Origin: Mobula hypostoma
Lineage: Eukaryota
Direction: 5' to 3'
NCBI RefSeq assembly: GCF_963921235.1
Contig: NC_086097.1
Coordinates: 80,478,001 to 80,542,000 of the forward strand
Length of the DNA stretch: 64,000 bases
Made by a program: the position numbers and the translations under genes. Under the pieces are notes generated by a model. The model saw only the letters and a program-made list of their open reading frames with translations, was not told where the DNA came from and did not search any database. Within the stretch, counting starts at the first letter, position 1. Every line of letters starts with the position of its first letter. Below are positions 24,388 to 36,290 of this stretch, piece by piece.

Positions 24388-26009
24388 CAATATATTTATT
24401 AACATGAGTTAATAGTTACATGTAAACCAAAATTCTGCTTGATGAGTTTCATCTGCTGTCCCTTCTAATGTTTTTGAACATTTGGTGGTATTTTCCTTGA
24501 TTTTATTGATATTAAAATATTATTTAGTCTTACAGTGTTATTCTACTTAATTAATGTTGAATTATAATAGCACCTTGCACATAAAACACTTGATCTGTCC
24601 CCTTTTCTGAGGTACACTGCTCCATCTAGTGTTCTTTATTAAAAGCACGAATTAACCATAGGGGAATGAAAATATGAACGAGAATGTTTATTTTATCCTT
24701 GCATTCGTCCTTCCATTCCTTTGCCCCTCCTTTCCTCTTACTTTCTCCACCTCTACAAGATCAGTAAGATTCTCTAGTTCTAATAGCCCAATTCTAACCT
24801 CTGTAATGTCTCCAGTTCAATAGATCTCTGAATTTCACCATTCCTCCCCTCATAGCTGCATTTTCAGTTAACTACATCCTAAATTCTGGAACTTTTTGAG
24901 CCATCTATCCTTTAAAGCTCTTCTGATAAACTAACCCTTTAAACCAGGCTTTGGATCCCCCATCTCAATCTTTCTTTGCTTCTTGGTGTCAACTTTTGTT
25001 TCAAGAAATAACTTGCATTTATATAGCATCATCTATGCGGTTAAGCTCCGCACAACGATTAACAAACGCGGAGCACTTAAAGGGAGATGCCAATACAAAT
25101 AAAGGAAAGGTTGGATAGATAAGATTAGGTGATCAATAGCTGAGAGAATGTTCTTGCAAGTGTGGTTGAGGAAGGAGTTCTAGAGCATTTGAACAGTTAC
25201 CGGAGGAAGAGGGAAGCACAATGTGCCAGAACTGGAGGAGTAGAGGAGGCTTGTGGCTTTTGGCAATTATAGAAATTGGGCAAAACCATGGAGGGGTTTG
25301 AAGAGTATAATTCCCCTTAAAATGAAAATATATTTAATCCAGGAGCTACAAGTACATGAATAAACGTAGTGCCAGTTAAAATAAGGGCAGTGATATTTTG
25401 ATGGAGGGTGGAAGACTTGTCTGGAAAGCAGTGGCATAGTCAAGCCTACAGGTAACAAAGGTTTCAGCAGCAAATTAGATGAACCAGAGTCAATGTCATT
25501 TAATGTTTCAGAGATGGATGGAAGCAATATTTGTCATGTAGGATATAGATGAATGGGAGCATATTTCTGTAAGACACTGTGCATGTAAACAGGTCAGTTC
25601 ATCTTCAGTTATTTAAAATTCTCCTGTGAATGTAATTTCCTGAATGGCATTAATAAAAACTTTTCCTTTCCTTTTCTTACCCTTGCAGTCCTTAAGCTAC
25701 CTTCTTCACTCAGACAACTCAGTTTGTCATGTTTCACTCATTTAGTGTGGGTCTATTTGCTCTGCAAGTTATTTGCAAGCTGCATAGTTGGTTACTCTTC
25801 CCTTTCAAAAATAATAATGACTTTTTTTCCACAGGGTCTTCATTCAGCTACAGACTTCTTCTTCTTCTGACTTTTAATGGCGGTTGGCAGCCCAGATAAA
25901 GGTGTATTATTGCCACCAACTGGGCTGGAGTGTGGTGTAGCGAGTTGGGAAGTAAAACCCCTACTAGTTCTTCATCAAATGAAAATGAAATTACCCCAAA
26001 ATGCCCTAT

Positions 26010-26619
26010 TGTTATGGTCCGGTCCGTGATGTCCACATTCTGGTTCACGGTCTGGTCTGTGGACTCAGGACTCCGGGTCTTCCAGCTGTCCTTTGTTTTG
26101 GTTGGGTTAATCATAAGCACCTGATTCCCATCTTGAGGCTTGGAATATAAGTAGCCTTGGGGTCGGGTGTGGGTGGTTGGTTTGTCTTGTCACGATCCCC
26201 TGGGAGCAATCTGCTGGTGGGAGGCTAGAGCAGCCGCTTGCCATCTTTAGGCCGTGATTGGGGAACCACCCCCTCATGGAGCCTCGAGATCCCAGCCTGT
26301 CTCTAGCCTCAAGAGCCAAGACCCCAGCCACGTCCTGTCCTGTAGCCATGTCATGTCCTTGCCTAGTTCTAGGGTCCAAGCCCGAGGCAAGACCCTGGTC
26401 CTGGGTCCTTGTCCAGTCTCTGGCTCGGAGTCCAATCCCAGGCTCCTAGTTCAGTTCCTTTTCTGGGTTCCCTGTGTCTAGTCCATGTCCTAGTCCAAGT
26501 TTGCATTCTTGTCCCTGCTCCTTGTCTGTATCCTGTCACGTCCCTACTCTAGTCAAGTCCTGTTCCTTGTACTACTTGCATTTGGGTCCGTTCCTGTTCC
26601 TAACGCCCCCATTGTGACA
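26010..26619 (+). mobile_element. Solo LTR (610 bp), Gypsy-type
   Basis: TGT...ACA termini and perfect 5-bp TSD CCTAT (26005-26009, 26620-26624). TATA-like AATATAAG near 26145, pyrimidine-rich degenerate repeats, TTGCATTTGGGTCC near the 3' end. Confidence 0.88.
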
Positions 26620-27418
26620 CCTATAGATTGCAAATAATGAAAGACAATGATGTGAATTAAATTAAAGTCACTTCTGTAACTTTAATAAAGTTTTAAAATA
26701 AAAGCTATCAACCCCCAAAGCTAGTAGTGCAGCTTGCATTTGCTTTCTTTCAACCTTGTATGCTTCACATTGTAAAAGAATCTGTTCAACTGTTTCATAA
26801 TGAAACAAACTACAAACTTTTTAGCTACAAACTTTTTGATTATTGTTCTCAACAATGTTGTTGATGCTGACATCTCTACAAACCTAATTCATTTTGTTGA
26901 ACCAAGTTATGCAAGCCAACTAAGTGACAGATCTGGAACTTGTCACACAACAAAGCTTCTTAACTTCTGGACTGCAATTCATTAGAAATACTTCAGGTTG
27001 ATGGAATAATCATATCACGTGCCCAGTCAATCAAGCTATGGTCCAAAATGATGTACCTTGCAAACATTAGGAGTTAAAACAGTAGGCTTTTTAAACCTAC
27101 TGATTCTCACAGCTATTTTAACTAAATTTTTCCTCTCCCTGCACCTGTAAAAACGTCATTCCCTTTTCTCAGTTCTTCCATCTCTACCACCTCTGTTCCC
27201 AGGATGAGATCTTTCTTTCCAGAATATCAAAGATGTTCTCCTCTTTCAAGGAACAGAGTTCCCCTTCCTCCACCATTGATGCTGCCTTCACACACATCTC
27301 TTCCAATACCCAGACATCGACCCTCACTCCATTTCCTGGCAGCTTTACAGAGTTCCTCTTGATTTTACAACCACCCCATGAGCTCCTCATAGGGAAGGCC
27401 AATCATTCTTTGCAACAT

Positions 27419-27830
27419 TGTCGTCATCGTGGCTATCCCTCGAGGTCAAAGATGATGGTCTTCGTTCCATACAAAGTGAAGATGCCTGTGCATGTATTTG
27501 TTTAACGTGTACTTGATGTTGCACTCCAAGAAGCACACGATACTTCACAAGTCAACCAACTGATTCCAATGGCACGGAAACCACGACGATTGGAGCTGAT
27601 GGATTTGTTGCAGCCTTCATCCGCCTTCACAGCCATTGAGTTTGAAGTAACTTCGTCCGCCTGTTCCACCGTTGAGGTCGTGGTTGGATTGTTCTTTGTC
27701 AGGGACCTCACCCTCGACCTTGCCACCACGGGTGACCCTACCAGGAGCATAGCTCCAGACAGCATCGATCTCGGGATCTCAGGACCACACAAGCTTCTCC
27801 ACCGCGACAAGGTGACAATCCACAGAGAAG
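27419..27830 (-). mobile_element. 412-bp non-autonomous RTE-derived SINE-like element
   Basis: Flanked by CTTTGCAACAT (27408-27418, 27831-27841). Minus-strand head CACCTTGTCGCGGTGGAGAAGCTTG...GAGCTATG...TAGGGTCACCC...TGACAAAG resembles, from memory, RTE (BovB/Expander) 5' UTRs. Ends in a GATGACGAC tail. No RT-like ORF. Confidence 0.8.
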
Positions 27831-27831
27831 C
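27686..27831 (-). ncRNA. Candidate HDV-like self-cleaving ribozyme
   Basis: Minus strand: P1 GCTTCTC/GAGAAGC, P2 GGATTGT/ACAATCC, P3 CACC/GGTG around L3 TTGTCGC, extended P4 region, and C-AAA (candidate catalytic C = complement of 27698) shortly before the 3' strand of P2. Confidence 0.68.
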
Positions 27832-29344
27832 TTTGCAACATACCACCATCTACAATGGAATCCGACCACCAAACACAACTTTATCTCACCCCCGTTCTCT
27901 GCTTTCTGCAACAATTGTTTTCTCTGATTCCCTTGTCCATTCATCCTTCCTCTCTACTTTCCTTGCTGGCACTTAACCCAGCGAGTGGAAGAAGTGCTAC
28001 ACCTGTCCATTCATATCCTCCCTCATCTCTATTCAGGGCCCCGAAGAGTCCAGTTGAGGCAACACTTCACTTCAACTCTTTTGGGATCACCTACTGTATC
28101 TACTGCTCCCAACCCGATCTCCTCTACATTGGTGAGATCCGACTAGAATGGGGAACTGCATTGTCAAGCACCTTTGCTCCATCCACAACAAGCAGGATTT
28201 CCTGGAGGCCAACCATTTTAATTCTGGTTCCCATTCCCATTCTGACATGTTGGTCCATGTCCTCCTCTACTTTCATGATGAGGCCACTGTCAAGTTGGAA
28301 GAGCTATACCTTAATTTTTCCCTCTTCCACTCCCCACTCTGGCTCCCCTCTTACCTTATCTTCTCCTCACCTGCCTATTACCTCTCGCTGGTGCCCTTCC
28401 TCCTTCCCTTTCTCCCATGGACCACTCTCCTCTCCTATCATGTTCCTTCTTGTTCCGCCCTTTACTTTTTTCACCTATCACCTCCCAACTTCTCACTTCA
28501 TCCCACCCACCTCTCCCTCACACACCTGGCTTCACCTATCTCCTTCTAGCCTGTACTTCTTCCCCTATCCCCACCTTCTTATTCTGGCTTCTTCCCCCCC
28601 TCCTTTCCAGTCCCGATGAAGGGTCTTGGCCCAAATCATTGACTGTTTATTCCTTTCCATGGATCCTGCTTGACCTGCTGAGTTCTGCCAGCACTTTGTA
28701 CGTGTTACTCTGGATTTCCAGCATTTGCAGAATCTCTTGTGTCTATTTTCTATGCTTGTTTTTGATGTAGATTATTGAAGAAAATCCCACTACACACAGA
28801 GGAGCTGGGGCATAGCAGATGAAGATTTCGAAGACTCTTTGTGACAACTCTAGGAAATGAGACCCAAAGCTGGTCAAGAGGCACAAAATTAAAGGCATCC
28901 TGTGAAGCATCATCACCAGCACCATCAGTCAAGTTCTCATTTCCACCTACAGCTTTTGCCAGAAGGCCTCAAAACTCAGAATTTATTTTCTTCTTTTGTA
29001 GGGAAAAAGCCTCAGAGCTCTGTGTAAAGCTGAAATAAAGGCTCATGATTGTTAGCATCCTAGGGGCAACCTTATGCAATTGATGAGAAAGAAGATGGTG
29101 CTGGCACTATACATAGTGAATCTGCAGCACTAAACTCCATTTAGTTTGTCAGTGGCAATGAAATGTTCCAGTTGCTGTTTCTCAAACAAACTGGCAAAAT
29201 GGTCAGGTTAAATAGAAAAGCACTGACCAAGGAAATGGTGGAATAATGGTGAGAAAAAGCTGAACAAAATGATAGGCCTTTGAGGATTCTCATCCAAGCT
29301 TTACCAGGAAGCAATTATTGAGCATGTATAGCATGTAAGAGCTT

Positions 29345-29959
29345 TTCGTACATTGACCTTTATTAATCAAAGTATTGAGTAAAGAGCTGGAATGTTATGA
29401 TGAGGTTGTATAAGGCATTGGTGAGGCTGAATCTGGAGTATTGTGTTCAGTTTTGGTCGCCAAATTACAGGAAGGATATTAAGGTTGAAAGAGTGCAGAG
29501 AAGGTTTACAAGGATGTTGCTAAGACCTGAGAAACTCAGTTACAGAGAGAGGTTGAATAGGTTAGGACTTTATTCCCTGGAGCGTAGAAGAATGAGGGGA
29601 GATTTGATAGAAGAGTATAAAATTATGATGGGTATAGATAGAGTGAATGCAAGCAGGCTTTTTCCACTGAGGTCCAAAGGACATGGGTTAAGGGTGAAGG
29701 GGGAAAAGTTCAAAGGGAACATTGGGGGGGGACTTCTTCACACAGAGTGGTGGGAGTGTGGAATGAGCTGCCAGATGAAGTGGTAAATGTGGGCTCACTT
29801 TTAACATTTAAGAAAAACTTGGACAGGTACATGGATGAGAGGTGTATGGAGGATATGGTCCAGGTGCAGGTCAGTGAGACTAGGCAGTAAAATGGTTCGG
29901 CACAGCCAAGAAGGGCCAAAAGGCCCGTTTCTGTGCTGTGATGTTCTATGGTTCTATGT
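29345..29959 (+). mobile_element. CR1 LINE 3' fragment
   Basis: MRLYKALVRLNLEYCVQFWSPNYRKDI..ERVQRRFTRM..LSYRERLNRLGLYSLERRRMRGDLIE. (TTCTATGG) tail. Confidence 0.92.
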
Positions 29960-30311
29960 ATCTGTTCAGTCCAAAGTGTTTGACAAAACATTTGCATTTA
30001 CTTATAATAGTTTGATATTTGGTCTTCCACTCATATCTTGACTTGCATGGCCTGTTGCTGTCCTGAGCAAGAACTTTAACAGTAGCAGAACCTCAATAGG
30101 AAATTTGAAAACTCCAGGTGGAATTTGGGAGGGTTCTACCTTTATACAACACTATTTATTTTGTTCCTTGAGAAAAATACTGTAGTTTCTTCCCCTCTAA
30201 AACCCTAATTATTCAATGCAAAACATCTTTGTCAGCTCATTTGAATGGCTCAAATTAAGGGATGCTGAGGTTTTCAGAACATTTTAATTTCAAATAGGAC
30301 ACCAGGGCAGG

Positions 30312-31370
30312 TTGTTACTGATGACACAGTCATCTCATCTGGTTCCCAACAAATGTAACTAAAAAAAAAAGCTGCAGGTTCTAGAAATCAGAAATAAAAA
30401 CAGAAAATGCTCAAATCACTCAGTAGTTTGTGCAGCATCAGCAGAAAGGGGAGCTCGGAGGTGGGATAGTCCTGCAGTAATTAATGTTCTTAGTATCCAG
30501 CAGTGACTTGTGATCATAATAGAGATGTACAGCACGAACAAATTGCACCTCTGATTGGACCTGGAGTGGCCACTGTGTCCGGGTGTGCCGTCATCTTACT
30601 GGAATCTTCATACTTGATTAATTTTGTTCAGTAATTTGAAGAGTTATAACAATGATGATATAAGCTTGGTCAGAGACAGCTTGCTTTGGCAGAATGAGAA
30701 GATATTCTTTGTTATTGGAAAGGTAGCTTAATCAGAATCAGGTTTATTATCACCGGCATGTGACATGAAATTTGTTAACTTAGCAACAGCAGTTCAATGC
30801 AATACATAATTTAGAAGGAAATAAATAAACAAATAAATAAATCAAGTACAGTATATGTATATTGAATAGATTAAAAACATGCATGAGGTTATATGTGTAA
30901 CTTTAAAAAGTTCTGATGATTTTGTTGGAGTGGGGCATCTAGTAGCATAAGTAAATTCTCACTCAGTCTTTAACATGAATATATTCTGCCTTGTCAAATG
31001 TATTATATTGAAGCAAGAGTAACAAGGCATTTAGGATCTACTTGATCAAAAGGATGTACACTCTTTCTTAACCAAAGGAATGAAAGGGAAACAGAGGAAC
31101 AAGAAGCAGTTAAATTAGGAATCTGATGATCAAATGCAGTAAGATTAAAGGCTGAACCCAAGAAGACAGGTCTGGCTTTTAAGTTCTGCGGGACCATGAG
31201 TGGTACTGTATTCCTGCTCTCAGACACTGGCTGATTGTTACTGATGACACAGTCATCTCATCTGGTTCCCAACAAAGGTAACTCAAAAAAAAAGCTGCAG
31301 ATGCTAGAGATCAGAAATAAAAAACAGAAAATGTTCAAATCAGCAGTTTCTGCAGCATCTGTAGAAAGAG
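30312..31370. repeat. Local ~135-bp direct duplication (30312-30449 and 31235-31370)
   Basis: Both begin TTGTTACTGATGACACAGTCATCTCATCTGGTTCCCAACAAA and continue into the same decayed pseudo-LTR end. Confidence 0.88.
30731..30880 (-). mobile_element. Short 3' tail of a non-LTR retroelement (Rex1-like)
   Basis: AATCAGAATCAGGTTTATT is the reverse complement of AATAAA plus a (GATTCT)n tail. Related to 63742-63830. Confidence 0.5.
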
Positions 31371-31490
31371 AGAGAGAGTGTGTTAATGTTTCAGGTCAAA
31401 TACCCTTTGTTTCCTGAAATATTAATTCCATTTCTCTTTCCACAGATGCTACAAATAACTGTCATGTGTTTCCAGTAGTCTCTATTTTTT
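31293..31490. mobile_element. Old palindromic PLE pseudo-LTR-derived remnant
   Basis: AGCATCTGTAGAAAGAGA...TTAATGTTTCAGG is inverted to CCTGAAATATTAA...TCTCTTTCCACAGATGCT. The centre falls within the hammerhead-equivalent position. Confidence 0.6.
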
Positions 31491-34361
31491 CTTTAAACTG
31501 ACGCCGATATTTTGTGAATAAATAGCTGAAATTCTGCTTTTTTGATTGACTTTAGGAAAATATTAGGTTCAATCTCCAAACTGCTGCTAACTCAGATGAT
31601 AATAATAAGTAGTTATCTGCTTATAAATACTGGTATTTGCCCAGAGTTTTGAACTTGACTATATTCTAATAGTTTGAGATATTCAGAACTGGCACCATTA
31701 CAACAAGCCATCCAAGGTGAATTTAACTTTCATTTCATTATTTCTAATTGTTCTATGACATGTCATTATTTAAGTTTGATGATATTACTACATAACAGCC
31801 TCTACAGCTTGGCAATGCACTGTCAACATTGCAGAAATATTCAGAGGTTTCTAGAAGTGCCATTCAATGACATACTATGTGACAGACTTCATCAATTATA
31901 GATAATAAAAATTACCTCCATTTTATATGTAAAAATGCTATTACACAAACAATAAATGGTCTTCCACCATCCTCACTGTATGAATCTAGGCAGTTTTTGT
32001 GTTACATTTAAAAGAGATTTTCTTCTTGATTTGACACTAATGAATGCATATTCACTTTCTCATGTGCCTTCCCAGTCACTTTCTCATTTTGATATTTTCT
32101 GACCATTTTTACCCCACAAATCTCCTTCACGTGTCCTGAGTAAATCACACTGATGACACTAAACAGATAGAGAACCATTGGTGGTCCAAGACCATGGTAC
32201 CAAGTGCAGAAGGTAGCATGTCAAACTTGTACCCAACGACGTGAAGCACAAAAGATCCCAGCTCTGGTCTCAGGGAGCCAGAGAGAGAAGGAAACAAATA
32301 GAGAGGAAAATCACACCAGACTCATATTTCAGTGGCTCATGACATCTGTGGTGCCCCAGGAAAATTTCTCTGAATCTCTCACTATTTTCAATTCTCCTCT
32401 AATTTGTCATCGCTTGCTGGATTAAGCAATCATACTTTACATGCAAAGCAAATGAAAAGATATAAAGCACTAAAGCCAGTTTGTTTTAATTGGTCTTTTA
32501 TGAAAAAATGAGAATAAAATATTTATAGAACAGCAAGGCAGCAATCAAGAACTTTCAGCACGGAAGTTTAATAAGTTTGAAGGTTAATTCTGGTAGCACC
32601 ACTGCAGTATGAGGGTGCTCAATCAAAAGATGGATTTCATTTCGGAAGAAAGGCTAATAGCCAACTCATGAATGAATTCTGGAACAGTTGTACTTGTTGG
32701 CATTTGAAATGAAGTATATTTTTACCATTATTCATTGATGTACACATGGATTTGAGTGTGTGAGTGAGGTGTTCTTTCTGTTGTAAGGAAAAAGGACCTT
32801 GTCCAGAACTTTAATTATTGGCTTTTTTTTTGCTTGTTCCTTAGAGATAGAATGCAAGATCCGTGAGGGAGGAAAAATTGATACAATCAACTCCTGCAGT
32901 TCAGCGCTGGCTGAAGGAAAAAGGAAGGATTGGGAGGGGTTTGGTGGCTGGCAGTGGTGTTGTGTTGTCGAAAACGTAGCATGAGATAAATTTTGGACCA
33001 TGATTGTGGTGAGTGTTGCAAGATGCAACAGACCGTCACAAACATTGGCATTCCTTTACTGAGTACAGTAATGGATTTTCAGCTTCAATATACCATTGGT
33101 TTGTATAGGTACGCTTTGACAAATCAATCTCATCAGTTGCACACTAGAGTCACGAACCCTCTCTTCAATAGAGAACTTCAATCACTCAGCAGCCAAGGAT
33201 AGTTTTGCTGCAGTGGTACAAATGCAGCTTGCATAGTGCCCTGCTGGAGAATGAAGGCATCATGCCTGGTGCCAGGATGCCAGGAAAGGGTTCACTGCCC
33301 TGCCCATACATTGCCTGACAATGAGGGAGTGAAGTCCTCTTTCTGTTTTGGTATGAAGTCAAATTAATACCTGACGCCCATAGAGTAACTTGCAGGCAAT
33401 CAAAAACACCTTTCACTATGAGGGAGGAAATTGTGAGAAGTTGCATTATGGCTCTCTAATCAAGGGGGGAGCCAGCCTTCTGCAGGGATTGAGCCTGGGG
33501 TGGGGAAGCTACAGGAGTGGCTGTTCTCCTGGCGTAAATTATCATGATAGTTGTGTAACCTGCCAGTAAGAGTAAATCAGGGCAAATGTGTTCTATCAAC
33601 AAAGCCTGTTACTCCTGATGTTCTGCCCTTGCTCAAGAGTTTGATAACTCTAGTCCTGACATATTTGTAGCTGAAGGCAGTTTTTTTATTCACCAGCACA
33701 TTACAGTACACAGGGAGCTGGTATAAAAAGACAGTGCTTCTCAGTGTTCTAACAAAAAGCAGATACAAATATTGATTGAAATTCCTTCAATGTCTAATAA
33801 GTGCTTCGAACTACTAAATGTAATGTACAAATGATATAAAATGGCTGCCCTGATGATGAAACCTAATTGCTTAACAACACAATAATGAACAATCAACAAC
33901 AACTGTGAACCTACAAGTAAGCAGTGAGATCTCATAATTAGAAATAAAATAACAATCCAAATCAGGAGAGACATTGCAGTCGCTGTCTGGTATTTGTAAA
34001 ACACGGCACCAACTGAACTCATGGCTTTCACAAAAAACATTAAACATATTAGACTCAATGCTCCTGATCAATCGATTAGCACAGTAAAATATTAAAGAAT
34101 AATACAAATGTAAGACCATCATCTGGATTAGAAATACAGGAGTAAAATTCTGTCCTTTGAGAGCGATCACAATAAAACAAACCTGCAATCTGTAGAAATG
34201 CAAAATATTGACTTTGATTTTACAGATTTGTAATCAGAGTTCATGTTTCAATCATTTTCCAACAGTGTATTTTTCCATTTATACTGTTTGTTTTCTTCCT
34301 AAGTAATTTCAAGATACTTGTCGAGCATGCATGTAAGTGGAGGAAAATGGCACCTACGAGC

Positions 34362-34970
34362 ACCTACTCTCCATCCGCCAGGAGAAACGGGATCGTCCCG
34401 TGGCCACACATTTTAATTCCACTTCCCATTCCCATTCTGACATCACTCCATGGCCACCTCTGCTGTCGCAATGAGGCCACACTCAGGGTCGGAGGAACAA
34501 CACCTTGTATTCTAAATAGGTAGCCTCCAACCTGATGGCATGAGCATCGATTTCTCAAACTTCTGGCCCCACCCACCCCATCCCCATTCCCTTTTCCTTT
34601 GCACACCTTATCTCCTTGCCTGCCCATCTCCTCCCTCTGGTGGTCCTCTTTCTTTTCTTTCTTCCATGGCCTCCTGTCCTCTCCAATCAGACTCCCCCTT
34701 CTCTAGCCCTAGATCTCTTTCACCAATCAACTTCCCAGCTCTTTCACTTCATCCCTCCCCCTTCAGGTTTTACCTGTCACCTTGTGTTTCTCCCTCCCCT
34801 CCCCTCACCTTTTAGCTCTACTCCTCATCTGCTTTTTCTCGAGTCCTGCTGAAGGGTCTCAGCCCGAAATGACTGTACTCATTTCCATTGATGCTGCCTG
34901 GCCTGACGAGTTCCTCCAGCACTTTGTGCGTGTTGTTCGGATTTCCAGCATCTGCAGATTTTCTCTTGTT
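34362..34970 (+). mobile_element. PLE 3' fragment inserted in the BEL gag zinc knuckle
   Basis: EHL...VATHFNS...SLQPDGMSIDFSNF plus pseudo-LTR. Mutated hammerhead CTGCTGA...GAAA at 34842-34874. Confidence 0.88.
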
Positions 34971-34974
34971 TCTG

Positions 34975-36290
34975 AATGGAAACATATGGAATTCTTATTA
35001 AGGAAGGCCCTTTGTTCCTCTAGAAGTTTCTCCCCAAAGCTTCTGGATGGGTGGTTTCTACACTTCCGGAGAGGGTGTGGTTTCTGAAGTAGAGGACACT
35101 ACTTGTTAGGATCTTTTGACATTTTAGAATCATCCTTTTGGATGGTGTTGTACACCACAGTTTTGTGCACCATGACGGGGTCTCTAACAGGTTTCTCTGA
35201 CTTAAGTGGTGCTGAGGTAGAGGTGATCACAATAAAGCTGGCATTGTTCCTCATTTTGGCTTCAACCCAGATGAAACTAGAAAAGCAGAAGAAGGGTGGG
35301 AAGCCGATTCCCTTTTCCAGTTTGTATCTAGTTCCCTCTCACATCCACTTCTCCTGTAGACTGAAGGGGAGTTTCTCCAAGATAGGACAAATTCCTTGTG
35401 CAGAGTCGAGGTGAGACAAGCCACGCAAGTAGCCTTTGGCTTTGGCTGCCTCCTACTCCAATAGCAGGTCTCCTAGCTCTCGCAGACGTAGGGTCCCCCT
35501 GATAGAATTCTTGGGGAAGGACTTGAGTTTGTTGAAGAGAGCAGTCTCTATTGCATCCATGGATCTGTAGCACTCTTCTAGTCTTTGCCAGACTAGACTG
35601 AGAGCAGCGCTGGGGTGTTTGATGTGAAATGACCTTAACCTGCATGCTTGCTCAGCAGATTTGGGTCCAAGTTCTTCCTAGGCATAAAGTTGAGGTCTTC
35701 AGAGGCCTCAAATGTGGACTAGAATGTGGACTACCAAGTCCAGTAATTTTCTGGCTTATTGTTGAATTTAATGAGTCCATCTGTCAGCAGGTCATGATGG
35801 GCTAGGAATCTGACACAGGCTGGGGTTCATTGGGGGTGTGGTGCACCTGAGCAGCGTCACCACCTGTGTCATGCCATGTTGCGTACAAGCCTGAAGCATG
35901 GGAGGGAGGCAGTCTCTCTTCTGTCCTGCTTGGGTAAAAGGTGTCGAGTTGCAGGGTGTTATTCTGCGGAAGCGGAGCCCCCATTTCACTCTTGATTGGC
36001 TGGCCTAAGTCTTCAGTGTCTGCTGGCAGCTGTGTATCAGCAAAAGCGGACTGGTCTTTGATATGCTCTGTGGTCCTCTCAGCTGAGTTTGACCTAACAT
36101 TGTCATTGTCAGCTAGCTGATCCATGCCACCTCCACCTCTCTTCCAATGCTGTAGTGCCTCTAATGTGGCTTCCAGGCGGGTTTTCTCTATGTCCAATTC
36201 AGCACTTTAACAGCAATTTCTCTTTCTGCAAAAGATGCCCTAGCTAGCGCTGCTTCAGCCCTTGTGCAGGTGTCCAGGTGCCTGAGGAAG
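34975..36290 (-). pseudogene. BEL/Pao gag pseudogene
   Basis: With frameshifts and stops: RAEAALARASFAEREIAVK..DIEKTRLEATLEALQ; LGPKSAEQACRLR; YLDSAQGICPILEKLPFSLQEKW; FPPF; CPLLQKPHPLRKCR...LLEEQRAFLNKNSICF. These are motifs typical of fish BEL gag. Confidence 0.78.

Larger units (their letters stand above)
27140..28745 (+). mobile_element. Older PLE 3' half (RT thumb, GIY-YIG, pseudo-LTR), interrupted at 27419-27830
   Basis: ITYCIYCSQPDLLYIGE and HFNSGSHSHSDM. Decayed hammerhead at 28609-28644. Confidence 0.85.

Noticed and set aside
25041..25080. Hairpin GCTCCGC/GCGGAGC as a terminator or Helitron end
   Set aside because: No U-tract or CTRR follows. It lies beside ATTTATATAGC, so it is more likely the decayed 3' stem-loop of an antisense L2-type repeat.
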